From contig OX597824.1 in NCBI GenBank assembly GCA_951406725.2, positions 78,926,001-78,990,000 of the forward strand: a DNA stretch of 64,000 bases. The letters run 5' to 3'. Made by a program: the position numbers and the translations under genes. The notes below the pieces were generated by a model. That model was not told the origin of the DNA and did not search any database. It saw only the letters and a list, made by a program, of their open reading frames with translations. The stretch is from Octopus vulgaris (taxonomy: Eukaryota). This document shows positions 52,986-64,000 of the stretch, piece after piece. Within the stretch, counting starts at the first letter, position 1; every line of letters starts with the position of its first letter.

Positions 52986-53543
52986 CACACAAGCACACAC
53001 ACACACACGAATATATTTGCATGCACATGCGAACACACACATATATCTACAAACCGTGTTTTCAAGAGATTTACAAGACACTATTCTTTCCATACGTTTA
53101 GTGTACATAATGATGGCCGACAAATATTTAAATTCACTTATGGAAATGAAGGAAATAAAGTGTCTGGAGCAGATGACGAAAAGAGGAGAAGAAGGATGAG
53201 GAGGAGGACGAGGTAGTGGTGGAGGAGGTGGAGGAGGAGGAGGAGGAGGAGGAGGAGGAAAAGCAACAGCAATAACGCTGACGATGACAACAACAACAAC
53301 AACAACAACAATGTATGTCTATCTGCAGGTGCGTATGAGGCGTGAAAGAAAGAAAGAAGGAAAGAAGGAAAGAAAGAAGGAAGTAAAGAAAGAAAGAAAG
53401 GAAGAAAGAGAGAAAGTGACAATCACGCCGTTACGTTCATAAAATAAATTTGCAAGCGCGTACATATAAATACACACACACACACACAAGCACACAGAAC
53501 GAGAGAGAGAGGATTAGATAGAGGATGAGAGAGAGTAAGAGAG

Positions 53544-53614
<71 letters not shown>

Positions 53615-53632
53615 TATGCATAGACAGGTAAG

Positions 53633-53685
<53 letters not shown>

Positions 53686-53843
53686 TTTTAAAAAATGAAA
53701 ACTAGAAAAAGACAACGAGATGCGCATACATACACACTTTCAGACTCTCGCTCTGACGCACAAACACACAGACATCTCCTCAAGTATATCCTGCTTTACA
53801 CACACACACACAAGCAAGCCATAAACCCCTCTTTCTCTCCCTC

Positions 53844-53887
<44 letters not shown>

Positions 53888-54507
53888 ACACAGAGACATT
53901 CAGACACTCCACCAAGCACATATTTTGCCATACACATGCGCATACGCAGATACACACATATTCAGATACCCCCATTCCACCGGGCACACGCTGATGCACA
54001 TGTACAAACATGCACACAAACAAACACAGATACATATACAAACAAAGACACTCAAACATAGAAATCCATATACACAAAGAATAAGATTTGGTATATATGA
54101 AAAAGCTTTGATGCGTGAATACAACAGTAACGATATCTTGAACGATATAACGTTCTCATGAGAGACAAAAAGAATGGAGAAAATAAGGGAAGAGAGAGAG
54201 AGAGAGCCGGGAAAGACTTTGGACAAAGATGAGTGCTGTCACTAACAATGTCAACCGGAGTTTTCGCCCTGCGATACAAAGGAAAACGTATTAGCAAAAA
54301 TGGCGTCCGTCCACGAAATAACGTTGAAAGTCCACGGTATTTGTTAGTCGGAAGGCGGCGAGCTGGCAGAAACGTTAGCACGCCGGGCGAAATGCTCAGC
54401 AGTATTTCGTCTGTCGCTACGTTCTGAGTTCAAATTCCGCCGAGGTCGACTTTGCCTTTCATACTTTCGGGGTCGATTAAATAAGTACCAGTTACGCACT
54501 GGGGTCG

Positions 54508-54675
54508 ATATAAATCCGGCGAATAGAGTTGGTACTGTATTGATACCATGTTGTTTTTTGGCGAGAAACTCACGAGTGAAGAGCGCTTGGGTGACAGAGT
54601 GCATTGTCGTCGTGAAGAATCCAATTCTTCGCGCTCTACAGATCCGGTCGCCTTCGCCGATGCTCGTACGTTCAA
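54508..54675 (-). pseudogene. Mariner transposase catalytic-domain fragment
   Basis: RRRPDL*SAKNWILHDDNA / ALFTREFLAK / NNMVSIQYQLYSPDL, i.e. HDNA and YSPDL motifs with frameshifts. Confidence 0.85.
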
Positions 54676-56042
54676 ATAATGCCCGTGTTAACTTTGCCTT
54701 TCATCTTCCTATACTAGCATCGTTGCTCTCACACTCTACCTCTTTTCCTTTCTTTCTCTCTGTCTGCCTCATCCTCTTTCTGGAAGAAATAGGCTGCGGT
54801 TGGACCTGGAGGAAAATTATTCCAAACACATCTAAAACTACCTAAGACAAGCTATATGTCCGTCTTTGCGTTCTGAGTTCAAATTCCGCCGAGGTCGACT
54901 CTGCCTCTCATCATTTCGGGGTCGATAAAATAAGTACCAGTTGAACACTGAGGTCGATGTAGCTGACTCATCTCCACCTCCTCAAAGCTCGCAGGCCCTG
55001 TTCCAAAATTTGAAAGCAATGTATTGAGTCACTTATTCTCAAACCGAACACTGGACCGAATGGTTATTTAGAACCTCTAGAAAACCCAGAACACCCAGGT
55101 GATGGTACTGAACACGGTGACTGTTTTAGACTGCTTCACAACTGATACAGGGCAACTGCCGGGTTTCCGTATAGTTTTCCATTAACAGAATTTAATCCAA
55201 AAGTCTTGGGTTAAACGAAATCTATGATCAAAGGCCCTCATTTGCTTAAGATATCGCTCAACTAGATCGAACTTGAAAGCATGTGATTGTGAATTGAACT
55301 TTATTGCCATGCAGCCATGCGACCGTGCCTGCGTTCATAATGAGAGTCGTTAATAATGTTTCTTCTGCCATTCCGTAAAAATTATTATTTGAGGGTGTGT
55401 CTGTGAGAGGAATAAGGAGTGTAAGAGAAGAGAGGGAGGAGGTAGGGTAGTAGGGAAAATGAAGTAAAGACAGTGAGGGGAGAGAGAGATAGAAAGAGGA
55501 GACAGAGAGATAGATAGAGATGAAGAAAGAGATAGAGAGATAGAAAGATAGAGAGAGAGGGTGAAAGAGAAATGGAGAGAACGAGAAGAAAGAGTAAGAA
55601 AACATGGTGAAAATGGGAACATGAGTAAATGTAGGAGGAGATGAGAGAGAGGCGGTAGGAGACAGGCAGAGAGGAAGAGTGGGAGAGAAAGATGGAGGAG
55701 AGGTTTGTACGAATGATCGAGCGATAGTAAAAGACAAATGGAGAATGGTTAAGGACACTTAAATGTTAATAATTTAGTGTACGGAGAGAAAAAGTAGAAA
55801 GATATAGAGATTATGAGGGAGAGGGGGAGAGAGAGAGGGAGAAAGGGAAAGAGACAGAGACAGAGAGAAGAAAAGATGCGATGAGAAAGAGAAAACGACG
55901 CCACACACACACGCATACACCACCACGGCCCTACACCATCCGCTACGGACACACTGACACACATATGCATGCATATATGTATATACACGCGCATAAATAT
56001 GTACTTAGAGCCTTATATATAATATGTGTCAGTGTGTGTATC

Positions 56043-56089
<47 letters not shown>

Positions 56090-56710
56090 ACACAATCACA
56101 TATATATGTATGTATAACATGTATAAATATATATTTATATATAACATGTATGTATATAACATATGTATTTATATAACACACGTGATATATATATATATAT
56201 ATATATAAGAATTACACATGTCATACACCACATACACGCACACTCTACACAATCAGGCACTCACTCGCTCACACATACAACACACACACACACACACACA
56301 CACACACTCGTCATTCTGTAGTCGTAGCAACAGACAGTGATAATAGATTGAACAGGAACGAGAGTGACAACAACAACAACAACAACAAACAAGAAAGCTG
56401 GCAGATAACCCATCTACAGCAACTCTAGGAAAAGCGACATCACCAACAACATCATCATCGTCGTCATCATCACTAATAAATGGCTTCTGTTCTCTCTCTC
56501 TATCGATATATGTGTGTGTGTATGTATACACACACACACACATACATATATATATGCACACACACATATATACGCACATATATTGGTATATATGTGTGTA
56601 CGTGCATATGTGTGTAAAATATATCTATATATAATGTGTGTATATATATAATGTATATATATATATCCACGCCGCCATCTCTTCATTATGCGGCCATCGG
56701 ACGATGGCCG

Positions 56711-56770
56711 GATAACTGAAGAGATGACGGCGTGGATTTCCACTTCGGCACCCGAAACTCGGAGTTTTGT
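56711..56770 (+). ncRNA. Hammerhead-like motif preceded by an antisense arm
   Basis: ataa-CTGAAGA-G..gtgg-attt-ccac..C-GAAAC-tcgga-GTT-ttgt, in a ~110-bp island between (TA)n tracts. Confidence 0.6.
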
Positions 56771-56800
56771 AATAATATGTATATATATATATATATATAG

Positions 56801-56837
<37 letters not shown>

Positions 56838-56901
56838 TACGTCGATAGATCGATAGATATATAGATACATACATACATACATACATACATACATACATAC
56901 A

Positions 56902-56932
<31 letters not shown>

Positions 56933-57363
56933 GGCGGTGCTCCAGCATGGCTACAGTCATTGGACTGAAACATAAAAAATAAAAGAATAAAAGGATACAA
57001 TCATATATACATACTCACAATTGTGTGATCAAGCAAAAGAAAAAAAAAAACATTTACTAGAAGTTACACATACTATTATTTAAACTAATTTGATCCGACC
57101 CCTTGCAATAAAAAATGTTTCGTACGCTTATTAGAGTAACCTAGCTCGTCGGACTCAGTTAATCGAATAGAAAGATGAAGGAAGTCCAAGATGGGCTACT
57201 ATTGGTCCAGACGACATTTCTGCGACACCAGATACATTAAGCAAGAAAAATTTAGGACCGCACAGCTGAACAGGAATTTTTTGGCGCCTTACTTGCGGCC
57301 TGGCCGGTCATTGAAATGTATTTAAATACATATATAATTTATTGTACTATACATATATAATTT

Positions 57364-57418
<55 letters not shown>

Positions 57419-58163
57419 TGTCGTGTGTGTTCTTTTTGACCTGAAACGGTGCCTGTGTCCATGGCCTTTGCACGTTCCCGAACCATGCGACATTAATGCC
57501 GTTAACCTTCGTCTTGAACAGTTTACAAGTCAATAACTGCGAGAAAGGAAACGTTCAGGAAGGACATTCCAGAATGGACACCCCCTGAGGAAGAAGAACT
57601 CGATATAAAGATTAGGACAGGAGACAAAGAAGTTGCAGAATAAGAGAGAAGCTGAGAGGATGTGGCTCGAGATCAGCCAACCCCGAGAAGCTGTGGTCAC
57701 TGTTGTAGAGTCAGAAGAGGCAGAGAGAAAAGACACCACTTCTGTTGGACAGAAATTAAGACGTGTTTATGAGTGACTTCATTCCAAATCAGTAAAGAGG
57801 TCATTTTTGTTGGTTGCAGTTTTTAGAATTATAAATTATATGTGTACGGGTATGAAACAGTATCATTATAGTTTTGGATGAGAATTGGGAATTTCATTGT
57901 GAGTTTGATCTGAGTCTCGTAGATGGTTGGTTATTAATAAATGTTGGCTGGTAAAGTATTTTGTACCACTAAAGAGGATATCCAGTTTTCGTAATGCAGG
58001 TTTTTCTCTGTCATGGTTGTACGTTCGCCAGGAAAAGAGATCCTTATTGATGGTGAAACCTAAAATTTGACGTGACTGTGACGGTTCTACTTACGTATGT
58101 TCATGTTTAAGGAGATAGGTGAGAAATGACAATGTTTTCTTGTTATGCTGTGTGATATATATG

Positions 58164-58225
<62 letters not shown>

Positions 58226-58226
58226 C

Positions 58227-58270
<44 letters not shown>

Positions 58271-58839
58271 TAGACTTACACACTCATAGATGCATAAATA
58301 CATGCAAATACACACATATGTATTCTTTATTATTTTTGTTTTATCTTGCTATATAAGAAGGAAAAAAAAGCTAATTTCTAATGCTACGTAGTGTGTCTCA
58401 AGTGCTGTAGATCGTAATTACATCATACAGAAGATGTCCTTGAATAAAATTAGCACAGAAAGACAATAGGATAGAATAGAAGTAATATTATTCTAAAAAG
58501 ACTTTTAAAATGCGAAACCAATTGTAGAAAATATAAAATAATCTGCAAGACTAAACATAAAAAAGTATCCAATTTTCATAAAATATTATTTACATATATT
58601 ATTATAATATAGATACAGTATGGCCCAGATAAAATGGTTAAATTTAGTTTCTCTTTCTCTTTTTCTTGTTTGCTCTCTTTTGCCGAACCGCTAAGTGACG
58701 GGGACGTAAACACACCAGCATCGGTTGTCAAGCAATGCTAGTGGGACAAACACAGCCATGTGGTTGGTTAGCAAGCTACTTACCACACAGCCACTCCTGC
58801 GCTTATTAGTCTTGTACTAAATATTCATTATAACTTATT

Positions 58840-59058
58840 AATACTCTGTCAGTTCCCATCTCTGCGAGATACTTCCATGGTAATGTGGCTTGTGGTCGAC
58901 CATCACGAGCCGTTACTCCCAGCCGGATCTTTGAGGAGAGAATACGGTACACAGGATCTTACTTGGAAAACCGAGCAGCTTGACTAAACAGTCTGAGCTG
59001 ACGTTTCCTAATCATTTAGTAGACGGAAACTAAAAGAAGCCCGTTGTATATATGTGTG

Positions 59059-59109
<51 letters not shown>

Positions 59110-59232
59110 CGTGATCACCGTGACCGATCAGGCTATCAGATGTTGCTACACATCGCTGGTCACAATGCACTTCACATTGTTTTAGCCTGCAAATGACGCC
59201 ACCCCGCTGGCTAAGCAGGCAGGCCAATATAA

Positions 59233-59278
<46 letters not shown>

Positions 59279-59640
59279 ATGTTTATGTTTGTGCCCTCCC
59301 CCCAACATCGCTTGACAACCGATGCTGGTGTGTTTACATTCCCGCAACTTAGCGGTTCGGCAAGGGAGACCGATAGAATAAGTACTGGGCTTACAAAGAA
59401 TAAGTCCTGGGGTCGATTTGCTCGACTAAAGGCGGTGCTCCAGCATGGCCACAGTCAAATGACTGAAACAAGTAAAAGAGTAAAAGAGTATACGAGCAAG
59501 AAGACGCATCCCAGTTTCGAAATAGAATCGGCGATTGGATACGAAATCCGACTAATGATATCCCATAATCCTGCGAAGTGTCCTGCTATCAAAGGAGTTC
59601 AAGCGGCTCCCAATGGACAGTCGACCGGGATACACCAAAG
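58840..59640 (-). pseudogene. RTE-clade LINE C-terminal fragment split by a SINE/microsatellite insertion (59016-59489)
   Basis: RLNSFDSRTLRRIMGYH*SDFVSNRR..ETGMR, then RKRQLRLFSQAARFSK*DPVYRILS..GRPQAT. Confidence 0.75.
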
Positions 59641-60090
59641 CATAGGTAGCGTAATGGGTGGAGACAACGACAAGGCAATGTTGTGCACAAGTAGAATGTT
59701 TAGCTACGAATATAGCAACAGACACATACTGATAGCTATACCCACGCATATGATTATACGTAATTGATTATACATTATGTGATATATCGGTTTAGAATTT
59801 TTGGCACAAGTCCAGTAATTTCAGTAATTTCGACCCCAGTACTTAACTGGTACTTATTTTGTCGACCCTGAAGAGATGAAAGGCAAAGTCGACCTCGGCG
59901 GAAATTGAACTCAGAATGTAAAGACGGACGAGTCTGCCTGCTCGCCACCTTAAGTCCCACTACGTAGTACCTTGGGCAAGTGTCTACTGCCATAGCTTCG
60001 GGCCGAATAAAGCTTTGTGGTTGGATTTGATAGAAGGAAACTGAAAGAAGCCTGTCATATATATATATATAGATAGATAGATAGATAGAT

Positions 60091-60181
<91 letters not shown>

Positions 60182-60548
60182 TATGCACACATACATATAT
60201 GTGTGTATGTATGTATTTGTCTGTGTTTGACTCACCATCACCGCTTGACAACTGGTGTTGGTGTTTTTGCGTCCCCATAAGTTAGCGGTTCGGTAATAGA
60301 GACCGAGAAAATAAGTACTAGGCTTCTTAAAAATATGTTCTGAGGTCAACGTGTTCGGCTAAAACACTTCAAGGGTCAAGAACATAAAGTATCACCCGGT
60401 CTAGGAATCGAAACCACAGTCTTACGATCGTGATAGCGATACTCTAAACCAATAAGCCACTTGCCTCCACAAAGTAAAAACATTCCATTCTCACAATTAT
60501 GAACACAAACGCGCATATATATCCTCCCCGACACACACACGGATGTAT

Positions 60549-60933
60549 GGAAGCACTCCGTCGGTTACGACGATGAGGGTTCCGGTTGATACGATCAACG
60601 GAACAGCCTGCTCGTGAAATTAACGTGTAAGTGGCTGAGCACTCCACAGACACGTGTACCCTTAACGTAGTTCTCGGGGATATTCAGCGTGACACAGAGA
60701 GTGACAAGGCCGGCCCTTTGAAATACAGGTACAACAGAAACAGGAAGTAAGAGTGAGAGAAAGTTGTGGTGAAAGAGTACAGCAGGGATCACCACCATCC
60801 CCTACCGGAGCCTCGTGGAGCTTTTAGGTGTTTTCACTCAATAAACACTCACAACGCCCGGTCTGGGAATCGAAACGGCGATCCTACGACCGCGAGTCCG
60901 CTGCCCTAACCACTGGGCCATTGCGCCTCCACG
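60549..60933 (-). mobile_element. SINE family C with 11-bp TSD. Variants at 41446-41757(-), 1090-1330(-), 44138-44305(-), 63150-63360(+)
   Basis: TSD cacggatgtat at 60538-60548 and 60934-60944. Confidence 0.9.
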
Positions 60934-61191
60934 CACGGATGTATATGTGTGTATGTGTGTGGGTATGTGTGCATATGTGTGTGGCTTATGAAGTGGCAGA
61001 GTGCGAAGAGCGCTGGATAGAAAGTCTTGCGGTAATTGTTCCACTTGCCTGCATTTTGAGTTTATAAGGATTTAAAAAAAAAATGAAAACAAAAGAAGGA
61101 AAAAAACTTGTTACTTGTTTCAGTCGTTAGGCTGCGGCCACGGTAGGGCACCGTCTTGAAGAGTTTTAGTCGAACAAAGACACACACACAG

Positions 61192-61231
<40 letters not shown>

Positions 61232-61769
61232 CATGTCCTGTACTTCAATTTTCTGCTGCACTAATTGTTTTCCCGTTTTCGTTTTCGTTTCGTCTTGTTC
61301 CACGTCTCTGTCCTTCTGTTGTAACAAAATGTCTTCTGCAACGTTCTGTTGATTTTTTCGTCTTCTTGTGATGTCCTGTACGTATATATATATTTATATA
61401 TGCATATATATATACAAGATGTCGGTACGTACATATATGTTTGTATGTATGCATATATTTTATTTATTACACTATATATATATATATATATATACGAGGC
61501 ACTTCTTTTAGTTTCCGTCTATTAAATCCACTCACAAGGCTTTGGTCGGCCCGAAGCTTTATATAGAAGACACTTACCTAAAGTGCCACGCAGTGAGACT
61601 AAACCTGGAACCATGTGGTTGGGAAGCAAGATCTTACCAGACACGAAAGTTCGCAAGAAAATACTCTAGTATTTAAGATAATCTGTCTCAAACCCAGCAC
61701 ACCAATTGGTGTTAGAGGAGACAGGAGACGAACAAATCGTTAAAGAACAATCAACGATATATATAAATG

Positions 61770-61950
61770 TAGTTCGAATTAACAGAAAGACAAAATACGA
61801 ATACAGGTGAAGGAACAACAAGCTGGTGTATTAGTTTGACGCTCGGGAAGAATGGAAATATATTTGACGTTTCGAGCCAACGCTCTTCGACAGAAAGGGT
61901 TGAGGAGAAAAAAGGAAAGAGAATGAAAAAAGAAACAAAACAAAGGAGAG
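61770..61950 (-). mobile_element. Diverged PLE 3'-end cassette; HHR-like motif at 61863-61896
   Basis: ttt-CTGTCGA-A-GAGC-gttg-GCTC-GAAAC-GTC-aaa. Downstream sequence is similar to the pLTR terminus. Confidence 0.7.
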
Positions 61951-62399
61951 AGTGAGTGAGTGAGAGAGAGAGAAATATGTAGGGATTAACCGTTCTAGAT
62001 GATGAAATGTGTGTGTGTGTGTGTGTTTTATACTCATGCATACAAATGCATAAATTATATAATTAAACATAGGAAAAGTAGAGGAACAAGAAATAGAAAA
62101 TGCAAGTACACCAATACACACACACATACACACACACACACAAGGGCATATGCGTATTTCATGTTGTTATTTCCTCGTCAATTTTCTACACTGAAATACT
62201 TGCCACTGGCCTATAAATGTTTCTTACTCTTTTTCTTCATATCTAAGTTTTATATATAGGACAATCGCTATGTTCATGACAATTACTTCAGCAGAATTAA
62301 ATATCCAAAGGTTTCCTCTAATCTCCATTAAAAAAAATTTCCCTCGATGGCATAAAAAAAAACATTTTCCTCTCTTTTTAGCTTGCCAAAATGGCCATA

Positions 62400-63140
62400 T
62401 TAAGAGTTGTTTAGGAAAGGCCTGGCTCTCGAGGTAAGGTCGATCTTCAAGGACCCGGACGGTAAGTTAGTGGCCCTGAACGTGAGCAATAACAAAGGTA
62501 GTAAATAAGACTGGTGGCCGTCTACACCCCTACCGGGGTCAAACTGCCGGATTTCTTTAAGCGTTTGGAAGCCTTTCTGAGTATGTCTCGCCCTTTACTG
62601 TATGCGGGGGTCTGGAACGGCATCTTAGATGCACGCTGGGATTGCGTGGGAGTAGCTGATAGAAGCGGAAGGTGCAAAAGCCTCAAGCACCTGATCAGCT
62701 AGTTTCAACTGTCTGACAGGTACCGACGAGGTTCCCCTAATTCGCCAGTGTGGACCTGGACCAACTGTATAGAGTCATCTAGATCGTATACAGACATAAT
62801 TTTCACTAGAAGAATAGACAGTAATAGTGTAGGATGTCCACTTTTTAAAACGGTCGCTTATAAAGATCACAAGTTTGTAATCTGTATGGTTGATCTAGAT
62901 AAGACGAGTAGGCCAGGACCCGGTTAGTGGAAGCTGAACATATCGTTTCCGGCACGTAAGGCTTATAGGGACCGGGTCAACAATTTAGTTAAGCTAAAGT
63001 TGACAGTGGTGGGGGGGGGGGGTCGTCAACAGCAGATGGTGGGGCTCTCAAAAGAGAGTACAGGGTAATATCGATAGGGCTTAGCAAAGAAGTAGCATTA
63101 GAAAAAATGGAAAGGAGGAGGAGCTACTAGCTAAGTTAGG
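62400..63140 (+). pseudogene. Tx1/L1-type LINE ORF2 AP-endonuclease fragment
   Basis: DPDGKLVALNV, RLVAVYTP, AGVWNGILD (GDWN-like), WTWTN..SRSYTD, DHKFV and GPG*WKLN, with stops. Confidence 0.85.
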
Positions 63141-63714
63141 TGAGCCTATTTGTAGTGGCATTGTAAATGATTGTGGTTTCGTTTCCTGGACCGGGCGACG
63201 CATTGAGCAAAACATTTCATTTCATGTCGCTCCAGTCCACTCAGATGACAAAAATGAGTAATCCTGCGAGGGACTGGCGTCCGGTCCAGGTGGGGAATAT
63301 ATATATACGCGATGGAAATCGGAAAACCGGCCCTTATGAGTCGGCATGACTCGGGAAAGAGCTTTACTTTTTTTTTTTGGTGCGGGGAGGGCTTTTTAAC
63401 ATTCAATCCGCTGGGTTTGTCAAAGATCATTTCATTACCATTCGCGACCTTATCTCTCTCTACACCAGGTCTCCCCTTCCACTTCGGCATGATTTGAACT
63501 TGCCACGTAAGTCATTAAAATCCTTCGGGGGCTCCGAACGAAACTAATGAGGAATCTTCAACGTGGTCACTTCGACCTGCTCGAAATAGTAGCCAAATCT
63601 CACCTCAAGCTACATATTACCGTGTATATATATATTATGGTAGATTAGTTCGACTTTCATGGCTGTGCCCCAGCATGGCCTTAATCTAGTGACGAGTAAA
63701 GAAATAAAAGCACA

Positions 63715-63770
<56 letters not shown>

Positions 63771-63928
63771 AGCGAAGTGGAATTTAAGAAACGTCAACAA
63801 TAGAAAGTAAAATTTGTTTATGGAACAGTTGAAGCAGTAGCAGCAGCAGTGGCCGTAGCAGCAAGAAGAAGAAGAAGAAGAAGAAGAAGAAGAAGAAGAA
63901 GAAGAAGAAGAAGAAGAAGAAGAAGAAG

Positions 63929-63964
<36 letters not shown>

Positions 63965-64000
63965 AGTAAGGGCAGCAACACCGGTAGCAGCAAGAGATAA

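Overview
A 64-kb, AT-rich, repeat-saturated stretch of animal genomic DNA. The tRNA-derived SINEs and very high microsatellite load look like an octopod cephalopod, but that is an inference. No host protein-coding gene can be supported, and nearly all ORF-track entries are microsatellite or SINE artefacts. The main feature is a very young, near-intact ~6-kb Penelope-like retroelement (PLE; RT plus GIY-YIG with a Neptune-type Cys linker) at 25231-31198 on the minus strand. It has near-identical 1.4-kb pseudo-LTRs and sits in a (TA)n tract. Each pseudo-LTR carries a minimal hammerhead-ribozyme (HHR) motif with a non-canonical CUGUNGA core. About a dozen more HHR-like motifs from several sequence families lie in short (100-250 bp) cassettes, mostly embedded in microsatellites. 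Together these suggest a microsatellite-targeting PLE/ribozyme (retrozyme-like) system. The window also holds three abundant SINE families (one forming concatemers), a tRNA-Phe/SINE-tail chimera, non-autonomous Helitrons, two TIR elements with telomere-like cores, and relics of mariner, R4/Dong-like, RTE, Tx1/L1 and older PLE elements. Several local direct and inverted duplications are present. All structure calls were made by eye and none has been tested.
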